DNA from: Tepidisphaera sp.
GTDB taxonomy: Bacteria > Planctomycetota > Phycisphaerae > Phycisphaerales > UBA1924
Direction of reading: 5' to 3'
DNA length: 64,000 bases
Assembly (NCBI GenBank): GCA_050916045.1
Contig: CP051526.1
Coordinates: 1,280,001-1,344,000, forward strand
Part shown: piece by piece, positions 58,130 through 64,000 of the stretch
Layout: every line of letters begins with the position of its first letter
How positions within the stretch are numbered: the first letter of the stretch is position 1
Translations under genes and position numbers: made by a program
The notes under the pieces: generated by a model
What the model was told of the DNA's origin: nothing
Databases searched by the model: none
What the model saw: only the letters and a program-made list of their open reading frames with translations

Positions 58130-59599
58130 ATGTACCAGGAGCTCGTCATCGCCGCGTTCGTGCTCGTTTCGCTCGGAAGCGGCGGGCTCAGCGGCGGCGT
58201 GCCCGACTGGATGCCCGCCGAGCTCTCCCGCGTCTGGGCCATCTGCCTCTCCCCCTTCGCCGTTCTCGCGTTCCTGGGGACCGCCATGTCCTGGCGTGCC
58301 TCGCGCCGCGTCGAGCGTGGCGACATCGCTGCGATCGCCACCCTCGAAGCGACCCTCGTCCTCCTCCGCGTCCTCGCCGTCCTCATCCACGGTGTCAACT
58401 GTCTCGTCCTCGGCTGGCCGACCCTCGTCAAGGGTGCCATGGGCGACATCGCCGCCGCCTCCATGCTCGTCGGCGCCCTCCCGCCCGTCCTCCTCATCGT
58501 CGCCTGCTGGTGGTGGATGGAGCCCGTCGAGCGCCGCGTCCGCCACGCGCTCATCGCACGCAAGCTCCACACCTCCGGGCTCACCGCTTCTGACGTCGCT
58601 CCGCCGCACCGCTCGCGATTCGCCTATGTCTGGTTCTGGACGCGGCAATCCGTCCTCCCCGTCATCCTGCCCCTCGCCGTCATCTCGCTCTGGATCCAGT
58701 CCGTCGAGCACATCCTCGCCGAGCGAGCTTCGCCCGGATGGATCGCCGCCGCCCAGGCCGTCGGGGCCATCGCGATGCTCATCCTCGGCCCCTTCGTCCT
58801 CCGCCGCGTCTGGAACACCGAATCCCTCCCCGATTCTTCCATCCGAAGCCTGCTCGCCAGCGTCTGTGATCGAAGCGGCGTCCGCGTCCGCGATTTCCTC
58901 CTCTGGCGCACCGGCGGCACCATGCACAACGCCGCCGTCCTCGGATTCTTCGGGCCCGCTCGCTACATCCTCGTCACCGACGCCATGGTCGAAGCCATGC
59001 CCGCCCGCGCCCTCGAAGCCGTCGCCGCCCACGAAGTCGGACACGTCCGCGGTAAGCACCTGCTCTGGCTCGGTCTCTCCACCCTCGCTTCCGCCCTCAT
59101 CGTCGGTGCCCTGACCGCGTGGCTCGCCAGCATGGCTCTGGTCTGGGCCGCGGACTACTGGCAGCTCACCGAAGCCGTGGGGCCCCTCGTCCGACGTTCC
59201 TTCGAACTCGCCATCGTCATCATCACCTTCACCACGGTCATCATCGCCTTCGGATGGGTCAGCCGTCGCCTCGAATGGCAAGCCGACGCTTTTGCCGCCA
59301 AGGATCTCTCCACCGCCACCACCGGCGGCCCCCTCGTCGACCCCGACGCCGCCACCCGCGTCTCCGAAGCTCTCGGCCTCGTCGCCGGCTACAACGGCAT
59401 CAATCCCAACCGCTTCATGTTCCGCCACGGCTCAATCCGCGCCAGACAGCGGCACGTCGAACACCTGATCGGCAAGCCACTCGCCGCACTCCCGATCGAT
59501 GCCGTCGTCCGTCGCATCAAGTTGCTCACCGTGCTCGGCTTGCTCTGCGCCGGCGGCCTGACGGCGTGGGACATTTGGAACCAACCGCTTTCGCCGTAA
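58130..59599 (+). CDS. M48 family membrane metalloprotease
   Basis: Multiple TMs, NAA, AHEVGH (HExxH), SRRLEWQAD, H...R. Confidence 0.88.
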   Translation: MYQELVIAAFVLVSLGSGGLSGGVPDWMPAELSRVWAICLSPFAVLAFLGTAMSWRASRRVERGDIAAIATLEATLVLLRVLAVLIHGVNCLVLGWPTLVKGAMGDIAAASMLVGALPPVLLIVACWWWMEPVERRVRHALIARKLHTSGLTASDVAPPHRSRFAYVWFWTRQSVLPVILPLAVISLWIQSVEHILAERASPGWIAAAQAVGAIAMLILGPFVLRRVWNTESLPDSSIRSLLASVCDRSGVRVRDFLLWRTGGTMHNAAVLGFFGPARYILVTDAMVEAMPARALEAVAAHEVGHVRGKHLLWLGLSTLASALIVGALTAWLASMALVWAADYWQLTEAVGPLVRRSFELAIVIITFTTVIIAFGWVSRRLEWQADAFAAKDLSTATTGGPLVDPDAATRVSEALGLVAGYNGINPNRFMFRHGSIRARQRHVEHLIGKPLAALPIDAVVRRIKLLTVLGLLCAGGLTAWDIWNQPLSP

Positions 59600-59635
59600 A
59601 CCGCGCCCCGGCGCGCGCCGCACCCTGGAGCTCCC

Positions 59636-60847
59636 GTGTCCCTCGACCAACTCGAATCCTCCCTCCGCTCAAGCATCGCCCGCCGAGGCGAATCCATGCT
59701 CGCCGACCTCGCCAAGCTCGTCGCGATTCCGACCGGCCCTGGATTTACCACCGGTCTCGACGAATGCCGCGGCCTCCTCACCGGCCGCCTTGCCAAGCTC
59801 GGCGCCTCGATCGCGCTCGAGCCCGGCGACCCTCGCCCGACGTGGATCCTCGGTGAATCCGGCGGCGCGAGCGTTCCGCCCGTCGCCATCGCCCGTGGGC
59901 GCGGCCGGGGCGGCCCGCGCGTCCTGCTCTGCGGCCACATCGACACCGTCCACGATCCCAATGGCGCCTTCCGCTCTCTCACCATCTCCGCTGACGGCAC
60001 CAAAGCCGTCGGCCCCGGCGCTGCCGACATGAAAGGCGGCATCCTCGTCGCCATCGTCGCCCTCGAAGCCCTCGCCGAAGCCGGCATCCAGTTTGACTGG
60101 ACTTTCCTCCTGAACAGCGACGAGGAAACCGGAAGCTACTGCTCCGACCGCGTCCTCCGCGCCGCCGCAAGCGAGGACGGCGGCCACGCCGCCGGCCTGG
60201 TCTTTGAGCCCGCTCTCCCCGACGGCTCCCTTGTTGTCGAACGCCCCGGCAGCGGCCAGTTCATGCTGAAGACGACCGGCCGCGCCGCTCACGTCGGCCG
60301 CGACTTCACCAAGGGCGTCTCCGCGATCCAAGCTCTTTCACGCAAGATCCTCGACATTTCCGCCCACGCCGACCCCGCCCGCGGCCGCATCGTCAATGTC
60401 GGCGTCATCCGCGGCGGCGCCGCGACCAACATCGTCCCTGACGAAGCCCTCGCCTGGGGCAACGTCCGTTTCGGTGGTGCCGACGCCGTCCAATGCGAGC
60501 GCGACCTCGCCGCCGCTCTGGGCGCCCTCGCCGGCACGTCCTCCGACGGCGCGACCACCGAAGTCCTCACAAGCTTCGCCCGTCCCGCCAAACCCAAGAC
60601 GCCCGCCGTTGAGAAGCTCGCCCTTCTCGCCCGCTCCGCCGCCGAAAGCCTCGGTCAGAAGCTCCCCTTCGGCACAACCGGCGGCGTCTGCGACGGCAAC
60701 AACCTCCAAGCCGCCGGAATTCCCGTCATTGACACCCTCGGCGTCCGCGGCGGCGGCCTCCACACCATCGACGAGTGGATCGAAGTGCCAAGCCTCGTCG
60801 AGCGAGCACAACTCGCCGCCGTCCTCATCAAACGTCTCATCGCCTGA
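59636..60847 (+). CDS. M20 family metallopeptidase (glutamate carboxypeptidase-like)
   Basis: GHIDTV, GPGAADMKGG, DEETGS, FEP, GRAAHVG, N.VPD, DGN, HTIDE. Confidence 0.9.
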   Translation: MSLDQLESSLRSSIARRGESMLADLAKLVAIPTGPGFTTGLDECRGLLTGRLAKLGASIALEPGDPRPTWILGESGGASVPPVAIARGRGRGGPRVLLCGHIDTVHDPNGAFRSLTISADGTKAVGPGAADMKGGILVAIVALEALAEAGIQFDWTFLLNSDEETGSYCSDRVLRAAASEDGGHAAGLVFEPALPDGSLVVERPGSGQFMLKTTGRAAHVGRDFTKGVSAIQALSRKILDISAHADPARGRIVNVGVIRGGAATNIVPDEALAWGNVRFGGADAVQCERDLAAALGALAGTSSDGATTEVLTSFARPAKPKTPAVEKLALLARSAAESLGQKLPFGTTGGVCDGNNLQAAGIPVIDTLGVRGGGLHTIDEWIEVPSLVERAQLAAVLIKRLIA

Positions 60848-60873
60848 CCGTCCCGCCCGAACTCCCCGCGGAC

Positions 60874-63800
60874 TCACCGCGGACTCGTCGGCGGCGGCGA
60901 AACGCGATCACGCTCGACCGACGCTCCGCTCCGCGATTCCAACCCCGACATCATCAGATCCGCTTCGGACTTGTCCGCGAAAATCCCCGAGAGCGCCCCT
61001 CGGGCGGTCCGGAACGGCTCGACGCTGATCCGAGGATTGATCGCGGTTCCGCGCACCACCGTCGTCACCAGCTCGTTCCGGAAACCTTCGAGGATCGGCG
61101 TCAGCACAGGGATCCGCGTGTTCGACCGCGAGTTGAACACCAGGTTGAGATCCATCCCCGGCCACGTCACCGTTCCAAATCCGCGGAGCTCGATCCCCGG
61201 CGAAAGCACGCTCACCCGCTCGAGCGCCACCGTCGGGCCGGTGATGAAGAACGACGCGATCGCCGTGTCCAGCCGCTCACCCACCGGGATCTGAAAGTTC
61301 GAGAACGTGATCAGCGGCAGCAGCACCGGCATGTCGATCACCGCGCCCCCGCCCGCCGTCAGAGTCCCGCGCCCGCGACGCGAAGAGACGTCGCCCGCGA
61401 TCCCGCCGAGCGTGATGCTCCCGTCGATCAGCGGCGAAGGCTCCACCGCAGTCCTCCCCGGCGAAAGGTCGCTCATGACGCCATTGAGCGCCACGCCGCC
61501 GATGCTGATCAGCGTCTCAAACGACGCCGGACCGTCCGGCTTCGCGGGGTCCTGCGGGCGAAGCGTTGCTTCCACCGCGATGTTCCCGCCGTGGCACGAG
61601 CCTCGCACCTCCGGCACGATCGTCTCGCCCGGCTTGCTCCCGTTGTGAAGCCGCGCGGTGAGGTTCGTCATCGCGACGCTCGCCGCCCGCGCCGTCGGCA
61701 GAAGCGCCGACATCGTGTACGCCACCTCGCCCTTCGGCGTGCGCGACGTCTCGAACCGCACCGTTCCGTCCGCTTTCGTCACCAGCACACCCACGTCCGC
61801 CCCGAGATTCTCGAAACCGACCGTCCCCGACGACGCAAAGCTCGGCACCGGACCCGCGGGCTCACTGCCAGGCGCGGGCCACCCCAGCGAGAGTTTCACG
61901 TCTTCGAACGTCATCCTCCCCTCGGCTTTCAGATCCACCGCCGTCGCAAGATCACGCACCGTCAGCGGCAGAAGCGACATCAGCGACGCCGGCACGCCCT
62001 GCGACGTCCCGCCGAACGTCGCGTTCAGGCTCGGTGCCCCGTCCGGCGCGACCGTCCAGCCCCCGTCGATCGACATCGACCACTCTTCGTTGACAAGCTT
62101 GAGCGCCTCGAACGTTCCCCGCTCGCGCCCGAACCGGATCGTCCCCGTCGCGCTCGGCACATCGACATCCACCGTTTCGCCGTGCACCGCGAGACTCTTC
62201 AGCCCGAGCACGCCATCCACTTCCCACGGCGTCGCCGCTTTCCCGCCGCGAGCCGCGAACCCCGGACGGTCAAGCTTCATCGCGACATCAAACCCGCCCC
62301 GCGGGTTCCGCTCGTGCAGAAACGTCGCGAAGTCCGGGCTCAAACGCTCCGCGATCACCGCCCGCGTCAGAGGCGATTCAAACCGCGCCCCGTCAAGCTT
62401 CACCGAAAGCGACCCCGCATCGATCCCATCCTTGATCTCCAGCACGCCGTCGAGCGTCAGATCCGCCACCGGATGTGTCGTCGTCGGAACGTGGATCCCG
62501 GCCCTGAGATTCTCGAACCTCAGCTTCGACGCCGCCTCCCCAGCTCCGACGTCAAACTTCAGCATCCCCGTCCACGGGCCCATCGCAAGCCGCACCGGCC
62601 CCGCGTGCGGAGCGCCCTTTACAAGCTCCGGCACGTACGTCAACTCCACGCCGCGCCCGCCCGACGCCTCCACCTGCACCCCAAGCGGACTGGCTCCGTC
62701 GTCCCACACGTGCGTGCGCAGGTCCACCGCCCCCGCCGGCTGAAACCGATCCCGAAGCTGCGTGATCGTCCGGCCCGCCAACGGCGAGAAAAGCCCGACC
62801 ACGCCCTCCACACGCGCCGACGTATCCAGCCCTGTCACGTCGATCCGCGATTCAAACGTCGTCGCACCCCCCCCGGGAAACGCCGCCGTCACATCAACAC
62901 CAAGCCGGCCCGCCGGCATCGTCCCCGCGTCCGAATGCCGTGAGAGACTCGCCCCGAGATTCATCTTGAACGATCGATCATCCACATCAAGCGTGCCGCC
63001 CACGTCGGTCAGCATCGTCGCGCTGTCCGGCGAGCACGTCGCCCCCGCGAAACCCACCCGCGCTTTGAACCCGATCTCCCCCGGCGCCACATCCCCGATC
63101 CAGATCTCCGCTTCGCCCGCGCCCCGAAGCCGAAGCCCCGTCAGAACATCGCCAAGCGTCCGCGCATCCTCGCCAACCCCGCCCAGCGGCCGATCCTTCG
63201 CCGGAATCGCATTCACAAGCAGGTCGTCAAACGGCATCCCCTTCGCCGAGATGTTGATATCCGTCTCGCGCTGCGGGTTCTTCTCGTCCTTTACGACCTC
63301 CGCCGGCGACGTGCTGAAGTCCGCCCTCGCGTGCACCGTCGCTTCGCCGCCGCGAAGCGCCGAGAACCTCCCACCCTCCACGCTCAGCACCGTGTCATCC
63401 ACCAGCAGCTTCACGTCCCGCGCGATCATCGGAAGCGGGAACCGCTTGGGCAGAATCCCCGCCTGCGGGATCTCGATCTCGATGATCTGCGTCCAGGGCA
63501 TGTTCCGCCCGAACGGCGTGTCCAGCTTGAGATTCACGTTCCCGATCCCGCCCAGCGTGAACGCCGGAGCCGTCGCCCGCGCCTCCGCCAGCGCAAGCTC
63601 GGCCACCATCGCATCCGGAATCGGCCTCCCCGCCTGCTTCAGCGCGTCATGCTTCGCGCGGGCCGCCGCGAGCGCCTCCGCCCGCTTGCTCGCTTCCTCC
63701 GGCGTCACGATCAGACCCGCCGCCAGAAGCTCCTCCCGCCGCGGGTTGCTGAACAGCGCATCCAGAACGCCCCGCCGCCTGGGCCCCAGCCCCTCCGCCA

Positions 63801-64000
63801 GCGACTCATCCACCGGCACGTCGCGCACCTGGATGTCCAGATTGACCGCCGCTTCATCCGTCAGCGGCGTGATCAACCCGCGCAGATGAAGGCTTGCACC
63901 GTTCTCGGCTTTCCCTTCCAACCTCACGATTCGAAGCGAGCTCTCGTCGAACTCGAACAGCGCCGTCATGTTCTTGAACTCGTACGGGAACCGCACGAAC
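60874..64000 (-). CDS. Large beta-rich AsmA-like/TamB-like envelope protein (5' end beyond window)
   Basis: >1000-aa ORF open at the right edge, amphipathic beta repeats, C-terminus ...VRGTAINPRI typical of AsmA-like C-termini. Confidence 0.7.
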   Translation of the reverse strand, partial: FVRFPYEFKNMTALFEFDESSLRIVRLEGKAENGASLHLRGLITPLTDEAAVNLDIQVRDVPVDESLAEGLGPRRRGVLDALFSNPRREELLAAGLIVTPEEASKRAEALAAARAKHDALKQAGRPIPDAMVAELALAEARATAPAFTLGGIGNVNLKLDTPFGRNMPWTQIIEIEIPQAGILPKRFPLPMIARDVKLLVDDTVLSVEGGRFSALRGGEATVHARADFSTSPAEVVKDEKNPQRETDINISAKGMPFDDLLVNAIPAKDRPLGGVGEDARTLGDVLTGLRLRGAGEAEIWIGDVAPGEIGFKARVGFAGATCSPDSATMLTDVGGTLDVDDRSFKMNLGASLSRHSDAGTMPAGRLGVDVTAAFPGGGATTFESRIDVTGLDTSARVEGVVGLFSPLAGRTITQLRDRFQPAGAVDLRTHVWDDGASPLGVQVEASGGRGVELTYVPELVKGAPHAGPVRLAMGPWTGMLKFDVGAGEAASKLRFENLRAGIHVPTTTHPVADLTLDGVLEIKDGIDAGSLSVKLDGARFESPLTRAVIAERLSPDFATFLHERNPRGGFDVAMKLDRPGFAARGGKAATPWEVDGVLGLKSLAVHGETVDVDVPSATGTIRFGRERGTFEALKLVNEEWSMSIDGGWTVAPDGAPSLNATFGGTSQGVPASLMSLLPLTVRDLATAVDLKAEGRMTFEDVKLSLGWPAPGSEPAGPVPSFASSGTVGFENLGADVGVLVTKADGTVRFETSRTPKGEVAYTMSALLPTARAASVAMTNLTARLHNGSKPGETIVPEVRGSCHGGNIAVEATLRPQDPAKPDGPASFETLISIGGVALNGVMSDLSPGRTAVEPSPLIDGSITLGGIAGDVSSRRGRGTLTAGGGAVIDMPVLLPLITFSNFQIPVGERLDTAIASFFITGPTVALERVSVLSPGIELRGFGTVTWPGMDLNLVFNSRSNTRIPVLTPILEGFRNELVTTVVRGTAINPRISVEPFRTARGALSGIFADKSEADLMMSGLESRSGASVERDRVSPPPTSPR

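Noticed and set aside
57327..59114. Long alternative-frame ORFs (also 60775-62943, 48464-49993, 30961-32418, 53818-55323 and many others)
   Set aside because: Arg/Pro/Ser-rich or antisense shadows of well-supported genes, expected in high-GC DNA
1..64000. tRNA/rRNA genes, integrases, transposases, prophage genes
   Set aside because: I recognised no such motifs in the ORFs or intergenic regions

Overview
High-GC bacterial chromosomal window, most likely Planctomycetota (Phycisphaerae/Phycisphaerales). This is inferred from three secreted proteins ending in a GC-type dockerin-like anchor, an AF-type prepilin-like gene, a Tat-exported Gfo/Idh/MocA protein and several small Zn-ribbon membrane proteins. 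It holds about 55 CDSs, mostly housekeeping: aspartate aminotransferase, ribB(X), galE, hldE, lpxK, maf, HMG-CoA lyase plus two crotonases, rlmE, rny, lexA, dprA, pilT, putA, ribF, a DHH phosphoesterase, and M48/M20 peptidases. A partial VWA gene and a partial AsmA-like gene sit at the edges. I found no rRNA, tRNA, CRISPR array, transposase or prophage. Best candidates for something new: (1) a 50.0-51.4 kb module, with a cytoplasmic helical+FN3-like protein ending in KLAA and, upstream of it, a heptamer tandem repeat, a phased array of nine 21-bp palindromic units and a GTAG-type REP inverted pair; (2) a ~176-nt structured RNA candidate (6S-like or rny leader) right behind a -10 box; (3) a lexA promoter overlapped by a palindrome that may be the LexA box of this lineage; (4) a CX5R phosphatase/sulfurtransferase-cytochrome c' fusion lipoprotein; (5) a strong AGGC-to-AAGC synonymous bias and kb-scale GC-skew domains. 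All product calls come from motif recognition only; no database search was run.
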